Notes: generated by a model not told the origin, from the letters alone. Numbered from the stretch's first letter, positions 34,781 to 44,165 are shown. The stretch is DNA of 64,000 nt from an uncultured Christensenella sp. (GCA_910586385.1 CAJUGX010000001.1:78408-142407), one strand, 5' to 3'. Program-made: numbers and translations.

Positions 34781-35347
34781 TTATTTACTCTTGCCTAAAG
34801 TTTTGACAATATTGTCCGCCTTGTCCAAATATCTTGGCATTGAATCTGGCGGAACAAGTGCCTTTGCCTTTGAAATTGGCATCCACACAATCTCTTTGCT
34901 TTCGTCTGAGATTTTGAAATCTTTCTTGTCCACAACAAACACAAATCTTATGTCATAATGCAAATGCTCTGGCTCATTTTTCTTTGCGTTCTCTGGAATG
35001 GTGTGCACATCCACATCAACAATCCTTCCACCCAGATCATCATACTCGGTGATTCCACTTTCTTCTTCCACTTCTCTTTTGGCAACATTAAGCGAATCTG
35101 CTTCTCCGTCACTGTGACCACCAAAGTGAAGCCACTTGTCAAGCACCTTGTGGTGATTCAAAAGGACATTTCCTTTTCTGTCAACAACCAACGCTCCTGC
35201 AACAATATGTCCCGCAAGCCTTGTCCTGCTGAAAATATCCTCCTTGTCACTCAACGACAAAAGATAGCGTATCTTTTCAAGACTCTCTTTCTCTCTTTTG
35301 TCGGCAGGCTGAAATCCTTCCAACGCTTTTCTCAAATCAAATGCCAT
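34781..35347 (-). CDS. NUDIX hydrolase
   Basis: Nudix box GGHSDGEADSLNVAKREVEEESGI. Confidence 0.85.
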   Translation of the reverse strand: MAFDLRKALEGFQPADKREKESLEKIRYLLSLSDKEDIFSRTRLAGHIVAGALVVDRKGNVLLNHHKVLDKWLHFGGHSDGEADSLNVAKREVEEESGITEYDDLGGRIVDVDVHTIPENAKKNEPEHLHYDIRFVFVVDKKDFKISDESKEIVWMPISKAKALVPPDSMPRYLDKADNIVKTLGKSK

Positions 35348-35359
35348 GCTCTATCCTCC

Positions 35360-36133
35360 TCAAACTTCAACAACAAACCCATTTCTGCTCCAAAGCCAAA
35401 ATGGTGTATGAATATCAATAGGCTCAAATTCTGTGTCTGACAAAATCTTCTCCCACCTCTCGCTCACAATCACTCTTATGTTTGATTTTTTAAGCTCTTC
35501 ATCAGAAACAACTCCAAGTTTTGCACTTGCTTGCAAAACATGTGTGTCTGGTGCAACAGAAATCTCTTTTCTGTTTTTGAAATTGAATCCGCTCTGCTGT
35601 GTCATCACATAAAGCCAATAGTTCAAAATCTTTGTCCCAGAAAGATATGGAAAAGATTTCTTGTTTTGCAAAATATGTTGCTTAATCAATTTTACATCAA
35701 AATCAAACTTTTCGAAAAACTTTTTCACACTTCCACCAAAATTTTGTTGAAAAGTTTGGCACAGCATCCTCCAAATTTGTGGCTGTTTGTTTGGTTGCAA
35801 AGCGACTTTATATTTGGTCAATTTTTCACTTAAAGTGTTGTCGTCCATTTTCAAAACTGTCTCTGGACAAAACACATCTTTTGTCTTTGCATCTTTCCAA
35901 GTCAAAAGTGCCGCTTCCCAAAGTTTGTAAGAATTTCTCTGATAGTTCAGCGCCATAGGCAAAGTGAAATAAATCAAGTTTTCATCAGAATTTTTTCTCA
36001 GATGCGGATTTGAGTCTTCCGGCATTTTCTCTCCACCCAAAGCACCCGCCTTATAAAGTCTCACAAGACTTCTCACCTTTTGCAAAATAACATCTCGATT
36101 TTTCAAATAATCCACGCTTTCTCCTAAAAACAA
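35360..36133 (-). CDS. Hypothetical protein, possibly an HhH-GPD/endonuclease-III-like DNA glycosylase fold
   Basis: ..FPYLSGTKILNYWLYVM.. and ..ISVAPDTHVLQASAKLGVV.. resemble the HhH and 'vpvDtHv.R' segments. This call is weak. Confidence 0.3.
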   Translation of the reverse strand: MFLGESVDYLKNRDVILQKVRSLVRLYKAGALGGEKMPEDSNPHLRKNSDENLIYFTLPMALNYQRNSYKLWEAALLTWKDAKTKDVFCPETVLKMDDNTLSEKLTKYKVALQPNKQPQIWRMLCQTFQQNFGGSVKKFFEKFDFDVKLIKQHILQNKKSFPYLSGTKILNYWLYVMTQQSGFNFKNRKEISVAPDTHVLQASAKLGVVSDEELKKSNIRVIVSERWEKILSDTEFEPIDIHTPFWLWSRNGFVVEV

Positions 36134-36462
36134 TCCTCATCTATCAGAGGCACAATGTCAATGGCTGGCTCTTCGTATGGGTGAGCCTTGCGCAAAGCAA
36201 CCAACACCTTTTTAACTTTTTCCACATCGCAAACAAACTCCAACTTCTCCTCTTCAACAAACTCAAGAGTTTCTTTCTTTCCAATGTATGGATTTGCTTT
36301 TTCGTTTGGCACGAAAGTCCCTACGCTTTTGGTTGAACTGGTGCAAAATGAATAATTTCCAATCACGCCACCACCTGCCTTACAAGCAGAGGTCCTGACC
36401 CGCTCCACATTTTCCAGTGGAACGGTCACAAAAATCTTAACTCTTTTCACATCAAACTTCAT
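36124..36462 (-). CDS. Stand-alone NIF3/YqfO PII-like insertion-domain protein
   Basis: VKIFVTVPLENVERVRTSACKAGGGVIGNYSFCTSSTKSVGTFVPNEKANPYIG..HPYEEPAIDIVPL matches the YqfO C-domain pattern. Start at MKFDVK with a GGAGAG RBS. Confidence 0.5.
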   Translation of the reverse strand: MKFDVKRVKIFVTVPLENVERVRTSACKAGGGVIGNYSFCTSSTKSVGTFVPNEKANPYIGKKETLEFVEEEKLEFVCDVEKVKKVLVALRKAHPYEEPAIDIVPLIDEDCF

Positions 36463-36475
36463 TTCTACTCTCCAA

Positions 36476-37012
36476 TCAAAAATCAAGTCCAAATTTTCTC
36501 AAAATCTCTTCAAGATATTCGTCTTTGCCAAACTCATACTTGCACACAACTCTTTCATCCTTTGAGTTGCTCTCAAAGAAAGCTTCAAACATGTCATAAT
36601 TCTCGTCCACAAACTTTTGAGTATTCCCTCTCTCAACATGTCGACGTCGGATTTCCTCTTTCATGTCAGCCTTCGGATACACAAAACACGCCTTGATTTT
36701 TTTCTCTTGAAAATAATCAAATATCTCAGCATGTGGCGCAGAAATCAAAATCTTCCCTTCTTCTCTTTCCTTTTCCAAAATTGGGACTATCGCCTTAAAA
36801 CATTCTGCAGTATGCATTCTTCGAGGAAAAGGCCTCTCACCCTTTGTGCTTTCCAACTCCTGTCTTGTTATGTTTCCTGGCACAAAATATTTGAGCCTCA
36901 ATCTTACTTCATCAACGTCTACAAAACGCTCCGGATATTTGTCACACAAATACGATTTGCCGCACCCAGGAGTTGCGATGACCGCTTCAAACTCTACTCC
37001 GTTCCATTTCAT
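36476..37012 (-). CDS. P-loop NTPase/kinase-like protein
   Basis: Start at MKWNG (AAGGAGA RBS). The P-loop is ATPGCGKS. 178 aa. Confidence 0.5.
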   Translation of the reverse strand: MKWNGVEFEAVIATPGCGKSYLCDKYPERFVDVDEVRLRLKYFVPGNITRQELESTKGERPFPRRMHTAECFKAIVPILEKEREEGKILISAPHAEIFDYFQEKKIKACFVYPKADMKEEIRRRHVERGNTQKFVDENYDMFEAFFESNSKDERVVCKYEFGKDEYLEEILRKFGLDF

Positions 37013-37126
37013 AAGATTTCTCCTTGACACTTCGATTATACCACACCCTCGCAAATCTTCCACGCAAATTCAGCAAAAAAACAACCGCTCTAAGCATTTT
37101 CTTAAAGCGGTTGTCAAATTGAAACT

Positions 37127-38446
37127 TTATTCTTTTCTGTCCAAAAATTCTTTCACTTGTTGCATCATCTCGACAAACCAACCTTCCTCTATTCTGGACT
37201 TGTACGCTTTTTCACTCTTAAAAAATTCCATAAGAATATCGTATTTCACCCACTTTGGCTCATCAATCTCAAACTCAGAAAATTTGAAATCTTTGAGAGC
37301 CAAGTTACATCTGCAAGCATAATAATTTGTAAAGCAACGGTTTGTGACTTTTGAAACACTCACCTTTTTGACTTGTCGCAAAAATTCAAACTTTTCTGGG
37401 ACAAAACCAATTTCTTCCTTAAGCTCTCTTGCCATGCCGTCATCATAACTCTCACCAGAAAGCACATGCCCACCAAAGAATGGAACAATAAGACCTGGGT
37501 TTACTTTTGTGGTCATGACACGCCTATAAGTCAAAATCTCATCTTTGTCGTTGCAAACAAAACAAATCGCTTCCCTATGCCAAAGCCCCTTTTGATGAAC
37601 TTCACTCTTCTCTTCAACAACACCAGTCAAATTGTTGTCCTCATCCACGACATCAATAAGGTCAATGTTGAGCCCCTCTGCGAGCATATTCAAATCATAC
37701 TCTTTTGAGAAAACAGTTGTGCCAGTTTTGATGAGATCTTTGATATCATCAATAGTGAAAAATTTGATTTCGCTGATTTCTTTCTTGTTGAATTTTACCT
37801 CTTCAGCAGAAATGTCCAAAAACAATATGTATGAGGTTTGAAACCTTTTGTTTGTCTTTGCTCCAGCATTTGTAATCTTGTTGTTTGCCTTGAAATACTT
37901 AAATTTCACTCCACTTTGCTTTTGTTTCTTTGTAATGAGTTTTTTGAAAGAATAATCTTGCTTTGACAAATTCAGCTCTCTGTTGAGGATTCTTTCAACA
38001 GCAACCAAATTATCTTCGCCCGCTCTGACATGCCCAGTCACGATTGCCCATTTGTCAGGATTGAAGTCTTTGTCTTTTGCTCTTTTTGTAAGCAGATATT
38101 GACCTTTTCTGTTTGCAATCCAAACAGAAACTTCATTGTGCCAAAAACCCTTCTCGTGTACGGCTTCCTTTGTTGCAAAAAAACCAGTCTTTCTCCCATC
38201 CTCTTGCAGGATGTCCAAAAGTTCCTCACCATCTTCTGTTGAGTAGGCAAAGTTTTCATTTAAGATATTTTCAATAGGCTCTCCAAAAACGCTTGCCAGT
38301 TGATAAGCAACTTTTGCATTTGGGATGCTCAAGTCCTTTTCCCATTTGCTCACAACGCGGAAATTGTAACCAATAATTTTGCCAAGTCCTTGTTGAGTAA
38401 GCCCTGAGCGCTCTCTCAAAAACTTCAACTTTTCTCCAAGTGTCAT
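37127..38446 (-). CDS. XRE-HTH fused to two NUDIX domains (the first degenerate, the second canonical)
   Basis: The HTH is MTLGEKLKFLRERSGLTQQGLGKIIG... Box 1 is GHVRAGEDNLVAVERILNRELNL and lacks the RE..EE acids. Box 2 is GGHVLSGESYDDGMARELKEEIGF. Confidence 0.8.
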   Translation of the reverse strand: MTLGEKLKFLRERSGLTQQGLGKIIGYNFRVVSKWEKDLSIPNAKVAYQLASVFGEPIENILNENFAYSTEDGEELLDILQEDGRKTGFFATKEAVHEKGFWHNEVSVWIANRKGQYLLTKRAKDKDFNPDKWAIVTGHVRAGEDNLVAVERILNRELNLSKQDYSFKKLITKKQKQSGVKFKYFKANNKITNAGAKTNKRFQTSYILFLDISAEEVKFNKKEISEIKFFTIDDIKDLIKTGTTVFSKEYDLNMLAEGLNIDLIDVVDEDNNLTGVVEEKSEVHQKGLWHREAICFVCNDKDEILTYRRVMTTKVNPGLIVPFFGGHVLSGESYDDGMARELKEEIGFVPEKFEFLRQVKKVSVSKVTNRCFTNYYACRCNLALKDFKFSEFEIDEPKWVKYDILMEFFKSEKAYKSRIEEGWFVEMMQQVKEFLDRKE

Positions 38447-38538
38447 CCTCTTTTCTCCCTTTCATACGCATTATAACACACAACTTTCAAATCTCTATAC
38501 AAAAAACAAAAATTCCACAAATCGTGGAATTTTTTACA

Positions 38539-38967
38539 TCAATTAAATCCTTTTGACTTTAGCCTGTCGACAATTGGTTTGCTGTCAAGTTCGTTGATTG
38601 GGACACTGTATCGCTCTGACAACTCTTCAAGTCTTCCGTCGAGAGAGACGTATTTGCCTACACTGTCAATGTGCATGTCAGCCCACTCCAAGATATCGAG
38701 TAAATGACTTGAATACTCGGGAGTGACCTCTCCATGGTAATAAACCTCTTTCCAGTGTTTATAACCAAGTTTTTTCAAAATCCCCCCCCCGATAACATTG
38801 TGCCTCTGATAATCTTTTTGTTCTGCAAATTCATAACCGATATCATGCAGAAGTCCAAGCATATAATATTCTTCAACTTCATCACTTGACAAATTGTGTT
38901 CTTCCGCATACTTTTTCATCAGTTCTGCGACACCCCAAATATGCCCTTTTCTATCTTGAGAAATCAT
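38539..38967 (-). CDS. HD-domain protein
   Basis: ..GHIWGVAEL.. and ..LGLLHDIGY.. 142 aa. Confidence 0.75.
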   Translation of the reverse strand: MISQDRKGHIWGVAELMKKYAEEHNLSSDEVEEYYMLGLLHDIGYEFAEQKDYQRHNVIGGGILKKLGYKHWKEVYYHGEVTPEYSSHLLDILEWADMHIDSVGKYVSLDGRLEELSERYSVPINELDSKPIVDRLKSKGFN

Positions 38968-38996
38968 AATTCGCTCCTATTCAAATCTGTCTTCTT

Positions 38997-39503
38997 TTAT
39001 ATTTCGTAAACTTCTTCAACGGTCAAAGTTCCTACAAAAAGATATTCATCTTCACTTTTCCCGCCCTTCTTCATGCTTTTGTAAAAGTTTCTTGCATGCT
39101 GTTTGTATTCATTATAACTCGCACGAGCCTTTGGGAAAAGTTTTGCATTGACGGCGTATGGCTCCTCACTCAAACTGATTTTGATGATTTGCGTCACACC
39201 AACATTAAGCCCTTGAAACTTTTTGACCCGCTTTTGACAATTTTCAATATTGTCACAAATGTACAGACACTTAAGTCTTGATGGAAGATTTGGAAACTCT
39301 TCTTTCCTCACTTCCTCGGCAGCCAGTTCCCTAAGAATAAAGTCATATTCTTCGATTATCCTGTCTTTGTCCGTCAACTCTTTCATTTGGTTTGATTCAT
39401 AAATGTCAAACCACATTCCATTCCCACGAGTACCAATCTCAAGTTTGTCTCCAACCTTAAACTTGTTGTGCGACACCAAGTGGTAATAATATTTCTTTTC
39501 CAT
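38997..39503 (-). CDS. Hypothetical protein (DUF2441-like?)
   Basis: 168-aa ORF. ..RELAAEEVRKEEFPNLPSRLKCLYICD.. is the only motif I recognise, and the recognition is weak. Confidence 0.4.
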   Translation of the reverse strand: MEKKYYYHLVSHNKFKVGDKLEIGTRGNGMWFDIYESNQMKELTDKDRIIEEYDFILRELAAEEVRKEEFPNLPSRLKCLYICDNIENCQKRVKKFQGLNVGVTQIIKISLSEEPYAVNAKLFPKARASYNEYKQHARNFYKSMKKGGKSEDEYLFVGTLTVEEVYEI

Positions 39504-39519
39504 AAAACCTCTTTCAAAT

Positions 39520-40332
39520 TTATGAATTGTACAAATCTTGCAACTTCTCCAATCTTTCTTTTTGAAGTTTGAAGAATTTCAGCGGAGAAATATCTTTATA
39601 ACACTCATGGCGAACTGCTTCACTTGTGAAATCCCCTTCAAAGTTTACTTCTTTCAAGTGTGTGAGCAAACCATCCCAATCAATCGTTCCGTCAAATGGA
39701 AGTTTGTGCTGATCTGCGCTTGCATCATTATCATGCAAATGAAGGCATGCAATTTTGTTTTTGAATGCATCAAAATTGTACTCGTCTTTGAAATGGAAAT
39801 GAGCATGACCGCTGTCATAACATACAGCCAAATTGTCGCTCTTGATATTGCCAACAATAAACTCCAAATATCCTGGCCAAACCGTGTTTTCGAGCGCAAC
39901 GACAATCCCCAACTTTTCAGCATGTCGAACAATTTTTTCCCATCTTTTCAGCCCAATTTGAGACATTGGCGACTCTTTGTTGCTTTTTGTGACATGCATG
40001 CACACCATTTTGATGCCATCTTCCGCAACCATATCAAGGTCTTTCAAATAGTCCGCGACCAACTCATCACCGGCTTCACCCTCTTCCCAAATGGTTGCAA
40101 TGCCACTGTTGACTCTGTATCCCAAATGGACGAAATTGACTTCCAGACCAGAATTCCTTATGAGTTTAAGATACTTGCGATACCCCCCCCCACTAAGGTG
40201 TTCATTCTGGAAAGACATAAAGACTTTTTTAAAGCCTGCTTGTGCAATAAACTTCACCGCTTCCTCATTTGAAAAGCCATAATTCATTGCGCCATCTTCG
40301 CATCTGACAACAGATGCCACTTCTTTCTTCAT
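39520..40332 (-). CDS. Sugar-phosphate isomerase/epimerase (xylose-isomerase-like TIM barrel)
   Basis: ..MVCMHVT.., ..IVVALENT.., ..YDSGHAHF.., ..CLHLHDND.. metal-ligand pattern. Start at MKKEVA (AAGGAG RBS). Confidence 0.7.
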   Translation of the reverse strand: MKKEVASVVRCEDGAMNYGFSNEEAVKFIAQAGFKKVFMSFQNEHLSGGGYRKYLKLIRNSGLEVNFVHLGYRVNSGIATIWEEGEAGDELVADYLKDLDMVAEDGIKMVCMHVTKSNKESPMSQIGLKRWEKIVRHAEKLGIVVALENTVWPGYLEFIVGNIKSDNLAVCYDSGHAHFHFKDEYNFDAFKNKIACLHLHDNDASADQHKLPFDGTIDWDGLLTHLKEVNFEGDFTSEAVRHECYKDISPLKFFKLQKERLEKLQDLYNS

Positions 40333-40435
40333 AAACACTCCTTACATAAAAATTATATCATAGAAATCCGCCGAGCGCCAATTTTTTTTAACAAAAAAAT
40401 CCGACAAGCATTTTCTCTTGTCAGATAATTTCATG

Positions 40436-41662
40436 TTATACGATTTCTTCTTTCTTTGAAAACTTTTTTATTCCAAGTTCGACCTTTGCAACTTCGACCG
40501 CCTTTTTGATGATTGCCTCGCCAATCTCTTTCCAATCCAAAAGTTCGATTGCTCGCTCTGGGCTCACCAAAAGCCTTTTGTATGTTTTTCCGTTGTCAGG
40601 GTCAGGCTTCTTTTCTCCAATCTTGTCAATGAGTGCCGTCGTCCTTACTTGAGCATATATCGGTCTCCCATTGTCTCCTTCGACGCTTTGATATCCAAGG
40701 TGGCACACCTTTTCTTTGAGAGTTGTGTTGACTTCTTCAACAAATTCTCTTCGCAGAGTTTCTTCCAAATTTTCATCACTCTTCTCTGGAGTCCCTCCTG
40801 GCAGTGAATAAAACAACCCTCTCTTTGTTTCTTCTGCTTTGAGCAGAACCCTTCCATCTTTTGAAAATGCAACTGCATACACTTGACCAATCGGCATTTC
40901 CTTTGGCACAACCTCTTCGTGCCATCCCAATTTGATTGATGAACTACCCCAAGGGACAACTCTTTCGATAATCACTTTTCCATTTTGAAGTTTTTTGTCA
41001 TTCTTCCCAATCATATACATCATGTCGCCATTTACAACAAGTCCTCCAATGTATTCAAGGGCGAAACATGGATAATTCTGATGTTTGCTTTCTTCTATAA
41101 TAAGATCAAGTGCATTTTCAGGAACATACTTTCCCTCAATGTCTCGATAGACATGTGGGTAAATACAAACGTCCACAATCCCCAAATAATCTTTTATCTC
41201 AGGCAAGAAGATATCGTCCGGATAGAGCGCTGCTTGGGTCTTTTGTCTTCCTTCTCTTCCAACTGCACACGCTCCAGCACTTGACCCAACCCACACTTTG
41301 TTCTTCAAGAATTTTGGAAGCATCTTTGCAAATCCGCTTTTCTTAAAAACCGTCATCAAAAAGTCTACGCTTCCGCCACAGCACCAGATGACATCCACTT
41401 TATCCACAACCTTTTCAATTTGCTTTTTCGAAAAGGCCATCAAATTCAGAAAGTACACTTTCTTGGGAAATGTGTCAGAAAGACATTTCAAATGCTCGAT
41501 AAGCCAATATTGACTTGCATCATCAATCATTCCAGCGTCAGGAATAATTGCAACTTTAATTTCTTCTCGGCTTTTGCCGACAAGTTTTTCAAGTTCAGCC
41601 AAAACACTTTCTCTAACTTTTCCACCTCTCACTTCTGGTGAGGATGCAAGAATACATTTCAT
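40436..41662 (-). CDS. Peptidase S51 (dipeptidase E/cyanophycinase-like) fused to a C-terminal NUDIX domain
   Basis: The N-terminal half has ..VWVGSSAGACAV.. (Ser nucleophile). The C-terminal Nudix box is LPGGTPEKSDENLEETLRREFVEEVN. Start at MKCILASS, with an ATGA overlap with the upstream gene. Confidence 0.75.
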   Translation of the reverse strand: MKCILASSPEVRGGKVRESVLAELEKLVGKSREEIKVAIIPDAGMIDDASQYWLIEHLKCLSDTFPKKVYFLNLMAFSKKQIEKVVDKVDVIWCCGGSVDFLMTVFKKSGFAKMLPKFLKNKVWVGSSAGACAVGREGRQKTQAALYPDDIFLPEIKDYLGIVDVCIYPHVYRDIEGKYVPENALDLIIEESKHQNYPCFALEYIGGLVVNGDMMYMIGKNDKKLQNGKVIIERVVPWGSSSIKLGWHEEVVPKEMPIGQVYAVAFSKDGRVLLKAEETKRGLFYSLPGGTPEKSDENLEETLRREFVEEVNTTLKEKVCHLGYQSVEGDNGRPIYAQVRTTALIDKIGEKKPDPDNGKTYKRLLVSPERAIELLDWKEIGEAIIKKAVEVAKVELGIKKFSKKEEIV

Positions 41663-42063
41663 ATTTTCTTCTCTCCCCACCATGGATCCATGGTGTCTTT
41701 GAGTTTGACAGACTTTTTGGTCTCTAAATCAAGCAGGATTTCCATAGCTTCAATTCCGTTTCCATATTGCATAAAAAATTCACGGCAAGCCCCACAAGGC
41801 AAACTTACCTTACCTCTATAAAAACAAACACAGCGAACAACTTTTTCATTTTTGTTCGCTTCAAACACTTTGTAAAGTGCATATCTTTCCGAGCACTGCG
41901 TAAGTCCACACTTAGCCTCAAAGTTGACAGCCGTATAAATGTTTCCTTTGTCTGTTTGCAACGCCGTTGAAACATATCCGCCTTTCATAAATGGCGAAAC
42001 AATACGTTCTCCTTGTATTGCTGATTCCGCAGCATCGATAAGTTTGCCCCAATCCTCTTTCAT
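41659..42063 (-). CDS. cdd: Cytidine deaminase (homotetrameric type)
   Basis: ..QCSERYAL.. and ..LPCGACREF.. zinc-ligand motifs. Start at MKEDWGK (AGGAGG RBS). 134 aa. Confidence 0.8.
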   Translation of the reverse strand: MKEDWGKLIDAAESAIQGERIVSPFMKGGYVSTALQTDKGNIYTAVNFEAKCGLTQCSERYALYKVFEANKNEKVVRCVCFYRGKVSLPCGACREFFMQYGNGIEAMEILLDLETKKSVKLKDTMDPWWGEKKI

Positions 42064-42166
42064 TCTCAAACCTCCTGAAAAAACACTTTTTTTGTGTATT
42101 AATGTCAATACTAAACGAAGTCTCTTTTTTGGTTTCACTTCTTTGATTTTGTGACACTTTTGTTTT

Positions 42167-42811
42167 TTATCGTTTCTGGGTTATATTTTTCAATTCTTTG
42201 TTTAAGGATTCCAAAAATAAATGAATGTCATAACCATCCGCTAAAGCATGATTTAACGTAATGGCCATATTAATAGTAGCCTTTCCCCTTTTTAATTCTA
42301 CCTTATCCCATGTCATTTCTGGCTCTGACTCATACTTGTTTAAGCTAGATTCGCTTACCGAACTAAATTTAAACCACTTAATACATGATAAAGCAATATA
42401 GTTTCCATCATTATTTCCTTCTACACGCTTGCCAGACGTATAGATTTCTTCTTTCACCCTTTCGTACTCTTTAATAAAATCCTCAAGCGGAAGATTAATA
42501 TCAATCATTCCAAATCTAATTTGATTTTCTGCGGTCATGAATATATTGGCAGGATGAACATAGTCGTATCTATAAATACTGCCATCCTCATAAGCAAAGT
42601 AATGGAAATTTTCCACACTATTACATGCTTTACCAATGGCATAGATCATGCAAGCATTAAAGTGTTTGTGGACTTTACAATATTTATACAATTTTGTCAC
42701 ATCCACCTGTGTAGTTATCGTGAACCTTGTGCAATTAAAGGTCATCATGAAGTCAAAAATACCCTTCCTCACATATTTTTCTTTGTCAATTTTTATTTTT
42801 TTAACATCCAT
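42167..42811 (-). CDS. Chloramphenicol-acetyltransferase-family (type A CAT-like) acyltransferase
   Basis: 214 aa. The C-terminal ..AITLNHALADGYDIHLF.. corresponds to the CAT HHAvcDGyH catalytic-His block. Confidence 0.65.
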   Translation of the reverse strand: MDVKKIKIDKEKYVRKGIFDFMMTFNCTRFTITTQVDVTKLYKYCKVHKHFNACMIYAIGKACNSVENFHYFAYEDGSIYRYDYVHPANIFMTAENQIRFGMIDINLPLEDFIKEYERVKEEIYTSGKRVEGNNDGNYIALSCIKWFKFSSVSESSLNKYESEPEMTWDKVELKRGKATINMAITLNHALADGYDIHLFLESLNKELKNITQKR

Positions 42812-42993
42812 TGTTTTTCACACTCCTTCAAAAAAAGACTTTTTGTAAAGTATATTTATGTCAACTGACAACAAAGTCTTTTTTTTGATGAACAAGTGAA
42901 CGAACCAAAGTTGCACTTGTGCAAGACTTTGCGTAAGTGAACGCAGTTTATATGGTTAGATATTTTTCAATTTTGATTTTGCGACGGGCTATT

Positions 42994-43668
42994 TCATTTT
43001 TTGATTTTAATATTTACTTCAATTACCTCAAGACTTTTTGGAAGATTTATAATTTGCCACATAAATGCAGCCATATCAGCAGGATTTGCCCATTTTTGCT
43101 TCTGCAAATCTTCAACTGCTGTCCCATTAAATCTCCTCCAAATGTCAGTCGCCATTGCTCCAGGATTAAAATGAATGACTCTGCAATTTGTATTTATAAG
43201 TTCCAGCCTTTGTTGAACACTAACACCTCTATTTGCCCATTTGCTAGCCCCATAAACTGACATGTCACTATAACCACCTAGTATGACTGTAGAACCAACA
43301 TTTATTATGTCTGCTTCGTTTTCTCTTACCAAATCCAACAATTTGGAAGTGAGATAAATAGGAGCAAAGGCATTTACTCTCATAACCCTTTCAATTTCTT
43401 CGTATTTTATTGAATTTTGTGATTGTTCAGACACGACACCCGCATTGTTTATAAGCACATCAAATTTAGAATGTTTCGCAATGATTTCTTTAACTGCTTT
43501 GTCTATTTGTTTTTCGTCAGTCAAATCACAAAAGATATTAATTATGCCTTCTAAATCACATTTTTCATTGGAAATACATATAACTTTGCACCCGTTTTCC
43601 AAAGCAATTCTTGCAATCTCTTTTCCAAGTCCACTACTTGCTCCTGTAATAATAATTGATTTTACCAT
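42994..43668 (-). CDS. Short-chain dehydrogenase/reductase
   Basis: Start at MVKSIIITGASSGLGKE (AGGAGGGG RBS). Contains YGASKWA (YxxxK). Confidence 0.8.
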   Translation of the reverse strand: MVKSIIITGASSGLGKEIARIALENGCKVICISNEKCDLEGIINIFCDLTDEKQIDKAVKEIIAKHSKFDVLINNAGVVSEQSQNSIKYEEIERVMRVNAFAPIYLTSKLLDLVRENEADIINVGSTVILGGYSDMSVYGASKWANRGVSVQQRLELINTNCRVIHFNPGAMATDIWRRFNGTAVEDLQKQKWANPADMAAFMWQIINLPKSLEVIEVNIKIKK

Positions 43669-43705
43669 TTCCCCTCCTATTTTTGATATTATGGAATAAT
43701 CAAAA

Positions 43706-44128
43706 TTAATCAGAATCAACCCCATCCCTTAATCTATAGTCACATTCTGATTCTGTCTCTGGATTTAAATGCAAAGCTTTCACCATGGTAACATAAGCCT
43801 TATTAAACCAAACTCGTATGCCATCATCCGGATGCTTATAGCCAATTATTTCACAAGCATGCATTGCATGGGTATAATAATGCATTGGATATTTATCTGC
43901 ATTTTTCGATAACAGAGCAATTTCATCTAATGTCATAGTTTCTTTCATAAAATTGCTTGTTGGAGTCGCAGCATTATAAAGAATTGCACTTCTCAGCATT
44001 CTAGTTAATTTCTTTGACAAATCTTCTTTAGGCTGACCATCACATCCTCGCAGGGCTGACAGAACAACCGTTTGTTGTTTCAATGAAATATTATCTTGAA
44101 AAAGCCACTCTTTAACAACTGATTTCAT
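43706..44128 (-). CDS. Hypothetical protein
   Basis: 140-aa ORF with a strong RBS (TAGGAGGGAAATT). I recognised no motif. Confidence 0.45.
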   Translation of the reverse strand: MKSVVKEWLFQDNISLKQQTVVLSALRGCDGQPKEDLSKKLTRMLRSAILYNAATPTSNFMKETMTLDEIALLSKNADKYPMHYYTHAMHACEIIGYKHPDDGIRVWFNKAYVTMVKALHLNPETESECDYRLRDGVDSD

Positions 44129-44165
44129 AATTTCCCTCCTAAAAAGACTTTTTGTTGCAAATATT

